Position numbers and translations under genes: made by a program
The notes under the pieces: model-generated
What the model saw: the letters and a program-made list of their open reading frames with translations, nothing else
The model's database searches: none
Told to the model about the DNA's origin: nothing
In this document: positions 26,055 through 33,810 of the stretch, piece after piece
How positions within the stretch are numbered: position 1 is the first letter of the stretch
Layout: the number at the start of each line of letters is the position of its first letter
IMG/VR virus record: IMGVR_UViG_3300025395_000007
Direction: 5' to 3' (one strand)
DNA length: 64,000 nt
Source of the DNA: a virus

Positions 26055-26145
26055 TGTAGCGAAAGGGTGGCGTCCACCGTTCAGACCTCTATGCCCTATG
26101 CTGGCCAGCATCTATCGGGAGTGATTAGAGAAAAGAGCCGCTACA
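26055..26145 (+). ncRNA. Multi-branch structured RNA candidate
   Basis: TGTAGCG/CGCTACA closing stem; GGTGG/CCACC and ATGCT/AGCAT hairpins. Confidence 0.4.
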
Positions 26146-26149
26146 TTGA

Positions 26150-26221
26150 GTCGCTGTCAGTACTGTGGGAAGTGCAGATGGTCAACACTAGGACACCGTT
26201 CGAATCGGACCAGCGACAACC
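26150..26221 (+). ncRNA. Degenerate tRNA-like element
   Basis: GTCGCTG/CAGCGAC acceptor stem, D-like arm, CCG-TTCGAAT-CGG; no regular anticodon arm or CCA. Confidence 0.45.
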
Positions 26222-26222
26222 T

Positions 26223-26285
26223 CGGGAGAGCTGTTTGGAAACACTCAGCAATATCTTGAAGGTTCAAACCCTTCTCTCCCGCCCA
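26223..26285 (+). ncRNA. 63-nt tRNA mimic lacking an anticodon arm
   Basis: CGGGAGA/TCTCCCG-CCCA; GCTG/CAGC arm; GAAGG-TTCAAAC-CCTTC T arm. Confidence 0.6.
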
Positions 26286-26290
26286 ATTTT

Positions 26291-26364
26291 GCTCTCTTAG
26301 TTAAATGGTATAACAGATGTTTAGTAATCATCTATTGGCAGTTCGATTCTGTCAGGGAGCACCA
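26291..26364 (+). tRNA. tRNA-Thr(AGT)
   Basis: GATGT-TTAGTAA-TCATC; Thr-type acceptor stem. Confidence 0.8.
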
Positions 26365-26452
26365 CTATGTACCACCCACGCCTCTCGACGTGTAAGATGC
26401 GCAACAGGGATCTGGAAATAACCAGTGACGACTCCAACGGGTCAACGGTCTC

Positions 26453-26460
26453 TATAAATA
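26453..26460 (+). promoter_or_regulatory. Late promoter TATAAATA
   Basis: Exact consensus before an AAGGAG RBS. Confidence 0.75.
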
Positions 26461-26477
26461 TCTCTAAGGAGATATCA

Positions 26478-26711
26478 ATGCCTGTACCCTGCGATTACCT
26501 CGCGGTGCAGTGGGATAATACTACATGGGTTCGATATGAAATGTGTCAGTTCGCTAAACAAAATGATGGCATTGACGGTGTTTATATCGGTGCACGATTA
26601 GAATTTAGACCTATAAAATCTCTAGATCAAGGCAAATGTCTTGATATGGATAAAAAAACACATGCTCGTTATAAGATCGGCGATAAAGAATGGGTGTGTT
26701 TAATTAATTGA
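26478..26711 (+). CDS. Small late hypothetical protein
   Basis: AAGGAG RBS and late promoter. Confidence 0.6.
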   Translation: MPVPCDYLAVQWDNTTWVRYEMCQFAKQNDGIDGVYIGARLEFRPIKSLDQGKCLDMDKKTHARYKIGDKEWVCLIN

Positions 26712-26764
26712 GGCAGTGCGTAGGAATTGGATACTGCGGAGTTTTAAAATTTAATACGTTATAC

Positions 26765-26838
26765 GGCTTGATGGCAGAATGATGATGCAAAGGTCTGCAA
26801 AACCTTCTATCCGAGTTTGATTCTCGGTCAAGCCTCCA
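26765..26838 (+). tRNA. tRNA-Cys(GCA)
   Basis: AAGGT-CTGCAAA-ACCTT; U73. Confidence 0.88.
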
Positions 26839-26845
26839 ACTAATA

Positions 26846-26937
26846 ACTGGAACATTCGTGTCAAAAGCATTTGAAGCGAAGGGAAAACATGCGGAGTAAT
26901 TACCGCCTCTGTCATTGTACCTAGACGATGTTCTGGT
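26846..26937 (+). ncRNA. ~90-nt RNA candidate with a long terminal stem
   Basis: ACTGGAACAT-T-CGT pairs with ACGATGTTCTGGT; internal GCGG/CCGC hairpin. Confidence 0.4.
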
Positions 26938-26948
26938 GGCGCTATAAA

Positions 26949-27023
26949 GGTCCGTGAATCAGCAGGTGTAGATACTCGTCTGTCTAACGAGTGAGAGGGG
27001 ATCGATACCCCTACGGATCGCCA
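26949..27023 (+). tRNA. tRNA-Asp(GTC)
   Basis: CTCGT-CTGTCTA-ACGAG; G73; atypical G8 and U37. Confidence 0.8.
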
Positions 27024-27024
27024 A

Positions 27025-27032
27025 TATAAATA
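27025..27032 (+). promoter_or_regulatory. Late promoter TATAAATA
   Basis: Exact consensus. Confidence 0.7.
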
Positions 27033-27062
27033 GTTTAAATCACAATATGAAAGGAGTCTATC

Positions 27063-27434
27063 ATGACTGACATTACTAATATCTCTCAAGATACTAATAC
27101 TGCTACTTCACCAGTAGCTGCTCCAGTAGAAGCCACTGTTGCTACTCCACCAGCAGCTGCTCCAGTTACTGCACATCCAGTACTTCTATCTCAGTCAAAT
27201 GAGATTCTCCAGTATCTTTCTAATGAAGTTAACAAACATACAGAGCTTCTTGCACTTGTTAATTCTTTCCGTTCTCAACTAGATACTTTGCATTCAGACC
27301 TTACTAAGGTAGATTCTTTCCTATTGAAAGAATATAATGCCATTGAACCTGTTGTTGTTAAAACAGCAGACACTGTCGAAGCCGATGTAGAAAAGGCATA
27401 TAAGGCAGTTAGTAACTGGTGGAATAAAAAGTAA
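27063..27434 (+). CDS. Hypothetical protein with Pro/Ala/Thr-rich N-terminus and coiled coil
   Basis: AAGGAG RBS and late promoter. Confidence 0.7.
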   Translation: MTDITNISQDTNTATSPVAAPVEATVATPPAAAPVTAHPVLLSQSNEILQYLSNEVNKHTELLALVNSFRSQLDTLHSDLTKVDSFLLKEYNAIEPVVVKTADTVEADVEKAYKAVSNWWNKK

Positions 27435-27440
27435 TATATT

Positions 27441-27517
27441 GGTTCCATAGCTCAGCTGAATAGAGCGTCGCGCTACGAACGCGAAGGTCAGAGGTTTGAC
27501 TCCTCTTGGAACCTCCA
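27441..27517 (+). tRNA. tRNA-Arg(ACG)
   Basis: TCGCG-CTACGAA-CGCGA. Confidence 0.88.
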
Positions 27518-27520
27518 TTA

Positions 27521-27715
27521 ATGGACATATCGATGGACTTTGATAATAAAGAATTTAAAAAAGCTTTTTGGGAATGGTTCGATGTTCTTCCTGAGAAAGA
27601 AAAAGACAAATTCAAATATTATCGATCTGATATGGCCGAACTTTATTTTTATAATTCAGTGTATAAAAAACTGATTAATGAAAAAGATTTTTATTTACAG
27701 AACTATAATAAGTAA
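27521..27715 (+). CDS. Small hypothetical protein (start may be 27533)
   Basis: AT-rich ORF filling the gap between two tRNAs. Confidence 0.55.
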   Translation: MDISMDFDNKEFKKAFWEWFDVLPEKEKDKFKYYRSDMAELYFYNSVYKKLINEKDFYLQNYNK

Positions 27716-27717
27716 TT

Positions 27718-27791
27718 GCGGATTTCGTATAGTGGCAATACCTCAGATTTCCAATCTGAAGCGAGGGGTTCGATTCCCCTAGTCCGCTCCA
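27718..27791 (+). tRNA. tRNA-Gly(TCC)
   Basis: TCAGA-TTTCCAA-TCTGA; U73. Confidence 0.93.
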
Positions 27792-27796
27792 CTATT

Positions 27797-27942
27797 CAAC
27801 AGGCAGTGTAGTCATCGCGGCCAAGTAAGCTCTCCACCCGATAGGTGTGTGGCTCTCTTGCTTGGCGTGGTCGGGGAGGTATAAGCCTCATAACCATGGG
27901 AACCCGTGCACTGAAAAGAGGATGCATACTCGTTCCTGTTGA
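27797..27942 (+). ncRNA. ~145-nt GC-rich multi-stem RNA candidate
   Basis: TCAACAGG/CCTGTTGA, CAGTGTA/TGCACTG, GCCAAGTAAG/CTTGCTTGGC and GAGG/CCTC stems. Confidence 0.55.
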
Positions 27943-27951
27943 TACTAAATT

Positions 27952-28028
27952 GCGGATGTAGTCCAATTGGCAGAGGCGTTGGTCTTAGAAACCAAATGTT
28001 GGGGGTTCAAGTCCCTCCATCCGCACCA
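27952..28028 (+). tRNA. tRNA-Leu(TAG) with a short variable loop
   Basis: TTGGT-CTTAGAA-ACCAA; 5-nt variable loop. Confidence 0.88.
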
Positions 28029-28040
28029 AACTAAATATTC

Positions 28041-28115
28041 GCAAGTAGGTCGGCAAGGTGTCGACAAGCTCTCATAAGGCTTCCAAGATTGGTTCGATTC
28101 CAATTACTTGCACCA
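28041..28115 (+). tRNA. tRNA-Met/Ile2(CAT)
   Basis: AAGCT-CTCATAA-GGCTT; atypical G8. Confidence 0.8.
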
Positions 28116-28123
28116 AAGCTTGT

Positions 28124-28197
28124 CGCGCGGTAGAGAAACAGTAACTCACGAGTCTCATACGCTCGAGGTCTAGGTGCAATTCCTAGCTGCGCAACCA
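28124..28197 (+). tRNA. Initiator-like tRNA-fMet(CAT)
   Basis: C1:A72 mismatch; CGAGT-CTCATAC-GCTCG. Confidence 0.8.
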
Positions 28198-28212
28198 ATC
28201 ATGGAGTATATT

Positions 28213-28620
28213 ATGAAAATTGGATTTACCTGTTCAGCGTTTGATCTTTTGCATCCTGGACATCTTGTTATGCTTGAAGAGTGCAAAAATAATTGCGATT
28301 ATCTGGTTGTTGGATTACATACTGATCCTACCATTGATCGGCCAGATACAAAACAACGACCTATTCAATCTACATTTGAACGATGGGTTCAACTAGATAG
28401 CTGTAGATGGGTTGATAAGATAATCCCATATGATACCGAACGAGATCTACAGAATCTTTTAGCTACTTTACATATTGATGTTCGTTTTCTTGGTGATGAA
28501 TATCGTGGTAAGATTTTTACTGGTGGAGAAATTTGCCAACATCGTGGTATTGAATTGTTTTATAATGCTCCACGATTACATAATTTTAGTTCCACAGAAA
28601 TGAGGAATAGACTAAAGTAA
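28213..28620 (+). CDS. Cytidylyltransferase (TagD-like)
   Basis: FDLLHPGH (HxGH), LVVGLHTD and SST motifs. Confidence 0.88.
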   Translation: MKIGFTCSAFDLLHPGHLVMLEECKNNCDYLVVGLHTDPTIDRPDTKQRPIQSTFERWVQLDSCRWVDKIIPYDTERDLQNLLATLHIDVRFLGDEYRGKIFTGGEICQHRGIELFYNAPRLHNFSSTEMRNRLK

Positions 28621-28624
28621 TAAC

Positions 28625-28714
28625 GGAAGGGTGGCAGAGCGGTTTAATGCGCTGGTCTTGAAAACCTGAGTACGTGAAAGCGTACCGTGAGTTCGAATCT
28701 CACCCCTTCCGCCA
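28625..28714 (+). tRNA. tRNA-Ser(TGA)
   Basis: CTTGAAA loop; long variable arm; G73. Confidence 0.93.
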
Positions 28715-28762
28715 TAGACTAAATATTAACGGTTGATGATAACCCAAAACGGAGAAAAACTA

Positions 28763-29422
28763 ATGAAGAATATTTTACTCGCAACTGCAGCTGTTCTTGT
28801 TGCAACTACTGCATATGCTACTGACCTTCCAAAAAAGAAAAAGGCTCCTGCTGCGCCTGCAGTAGCTACTGTATCTGCTCCAGCTGCTGTCTTAGCCGCT
28901 GCAAGCGTTGATAGCTTGACTGTTGCTTATGGTCAGGATACTGCTAAAGGTGATCTTGGTTCCAAGACTGACGACATCTATCAGCTTACATATTCGCACA
29001 AGCTAGGTAATGGCTTCAGCGTTGGTGGTATGGCTCAAACTACTCAGGTTCCTGATTCCCAGTTGAACCAGAACCTTGAAGCTCAGGTTGGCTATGCTCT
29101 TCCTGCATTCTCTGGCGTTACTGTTTCTGGTAAGGTTGGTGTTGGCGAGAAGTTCACAACTACTAACTTCGGTTACTACGCTCTTTATGGTGCAGCTGAC
29201 TATAAAGTTACTGATAGCCTAACTTTGAATGCAGTTTCCTATCGTTACCGTTCAGCTTTTGATACAGACGCTAATGGTTACCAGAGCCATCAAATTGGTA
29301 CTGGTGTAACTTATGCTGTTGCTAAAAATTATGACGTAAGTGCGAAGGTATATCGCAATTATGATAAGGACTTTGATGCAACTGGCGACCAGTTCATGGT
29401 TGGCGTAACTGCTAAGTTCTAA
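28763..29422 (+). CDS. Outer-membrane beta-barrel protein
   Basis: Signal peptide ...AYA-TDLPKKKKAP; amphipathic beta strands; C-terminal Phe. Confidence 0.8.
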   Translation: MKNILLATAAVLVATTAYATDLPKKKKAPAAPAVATVSAPAAVLAAASVDSLTVAYGQDTAKGDLGSKTDDIYQLTYSHKLGNGFSVGGMAQTTQVPDSQLNQNLEAQVGYALPAFSGVTVSGKVGVGEKFTTTNFGYYALYGAADYKVTDSLTLNAVSYRYRSAFDTDANGYQSHQIGTGVTYAVAKNYDVSAKVYRNYDKDFDATGDQFMVGVTAKF

Positions 29423-29429
29423 TAAATAA

Positions 29430-29519
29430 GGAGAGTTGGCCGAGAGGCTTATGGCACACGTTTGCTAAATGTGCGAACTGGAAACAGTTCCGAGAGTTCG
29501 AATCTCTCACTCTCCGCCA
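29430..29519 (+). tRNA. tRNA-Ser(GCT)
   Basis: CACGT-TTGCTAA-ATGTG; long variable arm. Confidence 0.93.
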
Positions 29520-29527
29520 ACTTTTGC

Positions 29528-29601
29528 GTCAGTTAAGTGTTACGGTAGCACGGCGGTCTCCAAAACCGCAGGCTAGGGTTCGACTCCCTAAACTGGTGCC
29601 A
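29528..29601 (+). tRNA. tRNA-Trp(CCA)
   Basis: GCGGT-CTCCAAA-ACCGC; G73. Confidence 0.9.
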
Positions 29602-29618
29602 TTTTATAAAGGTAAATC

Positions 29619-29819
29619 ATGGAAGAGTTTAAACAATTTATCGGAAAGAATTATTCCGATGTAAATAACCAAATTACTGATCTTGCTGCAGCACACGGTT
29701 GGCAAGCTGTTCCTTGGCCAGTTAATGTTGGTATGGTAGCTCTCGATGAAACAACGTTGATTGTTGAAATTGAAAGCGACATTAACGATATTATCGTAAA
29801 TATTAAAAGAGATATCTAA
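29619..29819 (+). CDS. Small hypothetical protein
   Basis: AAGG RBS; AT-rich ORF between tRNAs. Confidence 0.6.
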   Translation: MEEFKQFIGKNYSDVNNQITDLAAAHGWQAVPWPVNVGMVALDETTLIVEIESDINDIIVNIKRDI

Positions 29820-29827
29820 TATTTCTC

Positions 29828-29903
29828 GGGAGATTAGCTCAGTTGGTAGAGCGTCTGTTTTACACGCAGAATGTCGGCGGTTCGAGTCCGTCATCTCCCA
29901 CCA
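29828..29903 (+). tRNA. tRNA-Val(TAC)
   Basis: TCTGT-TTTACAC-GCAGA. Confidence 0.94.
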
Positions 29904-29908
29904 TTAAT

Positions 29909-29982
29909 GCGAGTATGATGTAGAGGTAACCTGCTTCGTTGCCAACGAAGATTCGCCAGTTCAATTCTGGCTACTCGCTCCA
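29909..29982 (+). tRNA. tRNA-Gly(GCC)
   Basis: CTTCG-TTGCCAA-CGAAG; U73. Confidence 0.9.
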
Positions 29983-29986
29983 ATTT

Positions 29987-30062
29987 GGGGTCTTAGCTCA
30001 TCTGGGAGAGCGACTGCCTTGCACGCAGTAGGTGATCGGTTCGAGTCCGATAGATTCCACCA
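29987..30062 (+). tRNA. tRNA-Ala(TGC)
   Basis: G3-U70; ACTGC-CTTGCAC-GCAGT. Confidence 0.94.
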
Positions 30063-30068
30063 ATAATG

Positions 30069-30094
30069 AAAAAGCTCCCGCGGGAGCTTTTTTT
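30069..30094. terminator. Bidirectional terminator at the strand-convergence point
   Basis: AAAAAGCTCCCGCGGGAGCTTTTTTT. Confidence 0.85.
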
Positions 30095-30102
30095 ATGTCT
30101 AA

Positions 30103-30630
30103 TTATTTTTTATTATTGTTAACTGGTATTGTAAAATGAGAAAACATTCCAGGAAGAAGATCTTCTTTTTCTTTTTTGGTATTTGCTTTACCACCATATC
30201 TTTTTGTTATAGCTCCGTAAGCCTTTTCTCTACCTTTATCTGATTTGTCAGATGAGAAATCAAAACTTTTTATTGGAGTACCTTCTTCTTCCATTTTATT
30301 TTTATGCGCCTGTAGTATATTGCCAACTGTAGATAATACGCGTACAGAGTTATGGCCAAAGTCATTGGTCATATTATATGGATTTTTGTTATCGTCGGAA
30401 TTTGATCTTTGTTTAAAATAAACAGATGGATGTTCTTCATCACCTGCTTGATGCATAATATTAACTTGCATCATTTTTAAATTACCATCTTTATCATGGG
30501 CATTGAACCCATATGTATGTTCTGTATCTTGAGGATCATCAGTCTGATGCTCTTCTTCGTTACTACCTAGATACAGATGCGGATATGGCGAATTAAATAT
30601 TTCGGCTATGTAGGATTTAAAGCGTTTCAT
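30103..30630 (-). CDS. Hypothetical protein, probable internal head protein
   Basis: N-terminus MKRFKSYIAE resembles the T4 capsid-targeting sequence. Confidence 0.6.
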   Translation of the reverse strand: MKRFKSYIAEIFNSPYPHLYLGSNEEEHQTDDPQDTEHTYGFNAHDKDGNLKMMQVNIMHQAGDEEHPSVYFKQRSNSDDNKNPYNMTNDFGHNSVRVLSTVGNILQAHKNKMEEEGTPIKSFDFSSDKSDKGREKAYGAITKRYGGKANTKKEKEDLLPGMFSHFTIPVNNNKK

Positions 30631-30656
30631 ATAGACCTCAAGGTTATTTTATCTAT

Positions 30657-31325
30657 TTATCCTCTAAAGATCTCTAACACCTTATCAATATAAAAAGCAC
30701 GATCTTTGATGAAAATCTGAGGCGTGCTTTCATCATCTACGGCTATCATAATAACAATTTTAGGAACTGATAAGTTATATGTCCATTCAAACATCATAGA
30801 GTAAACAGTAGCTTGCAAAAAGTAATTCTCGATATGACTTTCGTCTTTTAATCTTTTAGATGTCTTAAAGTCAATAATAGACAATACACCATCATACTCT
30901 GCTACAAGGTCTGTTCGACCTGCACACTTGAGAACTTTAGAAGCCAGTGGTGTTTCAATACCTAAAATGGTTCCAATATGTTTATCTAAAACAGGTTGAA
31001 ACTTCTGAAACGTCTCTATATTAATTGGCATTTCTTTTTGAAAGAAAGGTGTCATATCCTCATTGAGAAGATACTTCTCAGCCATATTATGTACAGAGGT
31101 ACCTCTACGTGCAGCTTGAGTGGAGACACGATTGGCTTCTTCATCGCCAACACGTTTTCTCCACTCAAGTAATGCAGACTTATCTGTTTTTTCACCTAGA
31201 ATAGTTGTTACTGATTTTAACTTAGTAACGCCATCTTCTAAAACATAATGTCTTTGTCCATCAATTGTTTCAGTAGTAAGATCTACAACTGGTACAAACT
31301 GATGTTTAAATATTCTACGCGACAA
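30657..31325 (-). CDS. PD-(D/E)XK exonuclease
   Basis: SVTTIL, RGTSVH, AGRTD, IIDFKTS and Q...Y motifs. Confidence 0.88.
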   Translation of the reverse strand: MSRRIFKHQFVPVVDLTTETIDGQRHYVLEDGVTKLKSVTTILGEKTDKSALLEWRKRVGDEEANRVSTQAARRGTSVHNMAEKYLLNEDMTPFFQKEMPINIETFQKFQPVLDKHIGTILGIETPLASKVLKCAGRTDLVAEYDGVLSIIDFKTSKRLKDESHIENYFLQATVYSMMFEWTYNLSVPKIVIMIAVDDESTPQIFIKDRAFYIDKVLEIFRG

Positions 31326-32058
31326 TCTTCAACCTATCTTTCTGAATAATATAATCTTTCACCATAGAACTTCTAACAATATCATTTTCATCGAAGTCAA
31401 TAAAAGTAAACGACTTCATTCTTTGAATAATTTTTATGAAATCTTTTAGACCATTTTTGTCACGCTCAAAGGTAAAGTCAGACTGTCTAAAATCTCCAGA
31501 GAAAATAATACGGCAATTTTTACCAACACGTGTAATAACAGAATCAAGTTCATGTAATGTCATGTTAGCAATTTCATCAACAATAATGATACAATCATTA
31601 AGAGTAACACCACGAATAAAAGAAGTAGAAATAAAATCTACAACTCCCTTTTGTTTGAGGTATTCATAAGAATCGCCTCTACCAAAAAGTTCTGAACAAA
31701 TTGCATAATATGGAGCTTCGTAAACTTTAGTTTTCTCTTTTGTATTGCCTGGAAGAAATCCCATTTCTCTAGTAGGAACTACGCTTCTAACGATAATAAT
31801 TTTTTTATAATTAGTTTCTTGCGTAAGAACTTGTTCAAGAGCGAGATAAAGAGAGATAAAGCTTTTACCAGTACCAGCAATACCATGAAGCATTAAATTT
31901 TTACCACTATTATATGCTTCAAAAGAAAGTTTTTGATTCTGTGTTAATGGATCTATATTCTTTAGTTTAAAATTTAATTTCTCTTGATTTATTTCTTTCT
32001 GACCGTTTTGACGAAGGATTCTTTTTTCTTTTCTTGTTAACCTTTGATTCGTTTCCAT
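31315..32058 (-). CDS. phoH: PhoH-family ATPase
   Basis: GIAGTGKS, GFLPG, RGVTL, GDFRQSD and DIVRS motifs. Confidence 0.93.
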   Translation of the reverse strand: METNQRLTRKEKRILRQNGQKEINQEKLNFKLKNIDPLTQNQKLSFEAYNSGKNLMLHGIAGTGKSFISLYLALEQVLTQETNYKKIIIVRSVVPTREMGFLPGNTKEKTKVYEAPYYAICSELFGRGDSYEYLKQKGVVDFISTSFIRGVTLNDCIIIVDEIANMTLHELDSVITRVGKNCRIIFSGDFRQSDFTFERDKNGLKDFIKIIQRMKSFTFIDFDENDIVRSSMVKDYIIQKDRLKIVA

Positions 32059-32069
32059 AATGGTCCTTA

Positions 32070-32312
32070 TTAAAATGTATTGACGGTACTCCTTGAAATA
32101 CCTTTGCTATGTTCCTTCTTAATATTTTTTAACAGATCTCGGAAACCATTGTCTGGTTTACCCATACCTCTGCCAGAAGAAATTAAAGGAGCGCCGTTTA
32201 CTAATTGAGTTATGTTTTTATTTTCATTTAGATATACATCTAGAGCCGAGATACTCATAAAGTCCTCGAACTCCTCGCCAGTTTCATTATTTACAAACCT
32301 ATACGTTGGCAT
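32070..32312 (-). CDS. Small FmdB-like hypothetical protein
   Basis: MPTYRF..ETGEEFE N-terminus; no Zn-binding cysteines. Confidence 0.55.
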   Translation of the reverse strand: MPTYRFVNNETGEEFEDFMSISALDVYLNENKNITQLVNGAPLISSGRGMGKPDNGFRDLLKNIKKEHSKGISRSTVNTF

Positions 32313-32542
32313 TATTTCCATTCCACTTTCATGTATTCTAGATTATCTTCTACATCTTCTTCATAATCTATAGGGTCAATTCCCTCATTATCTATCTCGA
32401 TCAATATGTCTATGTTCTTAGTTTTCAAAGCCTGATTTACTCTTTTTTTTCTTTTCTTTTCGAGATAGTTAGATGAGGAAGAATATTCCTCCTCATCTTC
32501 ATAGTCATATCTTTTATACTTATTAAGCGCTGACTTGCCCAT
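32312..32542 (-). CDS. Hypothetical protein
   Basis: Coupled ORF. Confidence 0.55.
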   Translation of the reverse strand: MGKSALNKYKRYDYEDEEEYSSSSNYLEKKRKKRVNQALKTKNIDILIEIDNEGIDPIDYEEDVEDNLEYMKVEWK

Positions 32543-32948
32543 TGATCAATCCTGGAAGTGCCTCTACTACGTGTTGAAGGGTGATGCCTTTAATAGGCTT
32601 CTTGTCTTTAATTTCGCTCAGCATCGCTGCATCGGCAGGTGCACAACGCTCAAGAAACTCAACAAACATTGTTTCTCTTTTAAGTTGCGCAAGCTCATCA
32701 TGAAAACCTTTAATAAAGTATCTGAGTTTTTGACAATCTCTGATAAGAACATTTTCCTGATCGAATAAGTCATTTGGTTTATATGGTGGTACGCCTGGAG
32801 GCAACAACCATACGACTCCTGGATCATAAGCACCCTGAAGGATAATACGTAATGGCAAACTATCATTAAACCTAAGAGCTTCAATTTTCTCTTGAGTCTT
32901 TTTCATTTTGCCAACTTTTTCTAAAAATTCTGCTATTCCAATTTGCAT
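32523..32948 (-). CDS. Hypothetical T4-like phage protein
   Basis: W.LPPG.PPY and KRETMF motifs; next to rnh. Confidence 0.7.
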   Translation of the reverse strand: MQIGIAEFLEKVGKMKKTQEKIEALRFNDSLPLRIILQGAYDPGVVWLLPPGVPPYKPNDLFDQENVLIRDCQKLRYFIKGFHDELAQLKRETMFVEFLERCAPADAAMLSEIKDKKPIKGITLQHVVEALPGLINGQVSA

Positions 32949-33803
32949 TTAAAACTCCGCGATGTTTTCCATAAGATTTTTCAATCTGTTTGCGATAAAG
33001 TAATTCATAAGTTTTGAACGATCCCGTCCAGCTTGAGCATTATATTGTTCCATAACTTTACTACGAATTTCCTTCGGTGTAAAGCTCAGGTCAATCAATT
33101 GTGCATTACGTTGATAATTTCTAGCAACAACACTATCATACTGTGAAATATCTAGATGCATAAGATTATCCATCTTTTTGGTAGTCAATGGCTTCTGTCG
33201 GTCACCAACCACAAAGCAATTATCATTTGAGAGAATATTAGGTACGCCATCTCCTGCATCGCCTTTCATAATATGTTCTTTGAGAAATTTATTTGGATCA
33301 TCATGCTTAACCCATTTTTTACGAGTAGGATCATACTGTGATACATTTGAATATGTATGAAGCTGAATGAAATCTTTATCGCCTGATAAGATCAATATTG
33401 GAGCACCACCAATTTCGGCTCCAAATTCTTTCACGAGAGTGCCGATAATATCATCGGCCTCTGCTGATTCAACATCAATAACTCTGTAGGGGAAATATTC
33501 TTTAAGTTCCGAACGAATCTTATTCATGCATTCAAAGATAGATTTCCAATCCATCTCAGATGCTTCTTGATTCTTTTTACGGTTTGCCTTATAATAAGGG
33601 AATGCCTGTTTACGCCAGTAATTGGTGTTATCACAAGCAATGACCAGCTCGCCATACTCGCTAGTAAATTTAGTTTTATAAGAACGCAAGGAGTTCAAGA
33701 TCATATGGCGAACCATATTCTCTTCAAGCTGGGCATTGGTATGGTTTCCTAATTGCATTAGCAGATTAGACAACATAACCTGATTCAAGTCAACAATAAT
33801 CAC
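32949..33803 (-). CDS. rnh: T4-type RNase H / 5'-3' exonuclease
   Basis: YWRK..FPYYKANRK, EADDII, SGDKDFIQL and GDAGDGVPN motifs. Confidence 0.95.
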   Translation of the reverse strand: MIIVDLNQVMLSNLLMQLGNHTNAQLEENMVRHMILNSLRSYKTKFTSEYGELVIACDNTNYWRKQAFPYYKANRKKNQEASEMDWKSIFECMNKIRSELKEYFPYRVIDVESAEADDIIGTLVKEFGAEIGGAPILILSGDKDFIQLHTYSNVSQYDPTRKKWVKHDDPNKFLKEHIMKGDAGDGVPNILSNDNCFVVGDRQKPLTTKKMDNLMHLDISQYDSVVARNYQRNAQLIDLSFTPKEIRSKVMEQYNAQAGRDRSKLMNYFIANRLKNLMENIAEF

Positions 33804-33810
33804 AATTCAC

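Noticed and set aside
25814-26077. N-terminal 88 aa of the 194-aa minus-strand ORF
   Set aside because: Antisense to tRNA-Asn and tRNA-Thr; the real start with an RBS is at 25813
26223-26285. tmRNA tRNA-like domain
   Set aside because: No G3-U70 pair, discriminator is C, and no tag reading frame was recognised
23216-27615. Short ORFs overlapping tRNA or ncRNA sequence (e.g. 23262, 23694, 25194, 25313, 26067, 26751, 27321)
   Set aside because: Shadows of GC-richer RNA genes, with no RBS or protein-like features
29619-29819. Peptidase inhibitor (I78 or potato-I-like) call
   Set aside because: Only a vague size and pattern resemblance; the conserved residues are missing
23515-30062. Suppressor tRNAs or stop-codon reassignment
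   Set aside because: No CTA, TCA or TTA anticodons were found, and core genes are intact in code 11, ending in TAA, TAG and TGA
30657-31325. CRISPR-Cas (Cas4-like nuclease)
   Set aside because: Ordinary phage PD-(D/E)XK exonuclease; no repeat-spacer array or other cas genes seen
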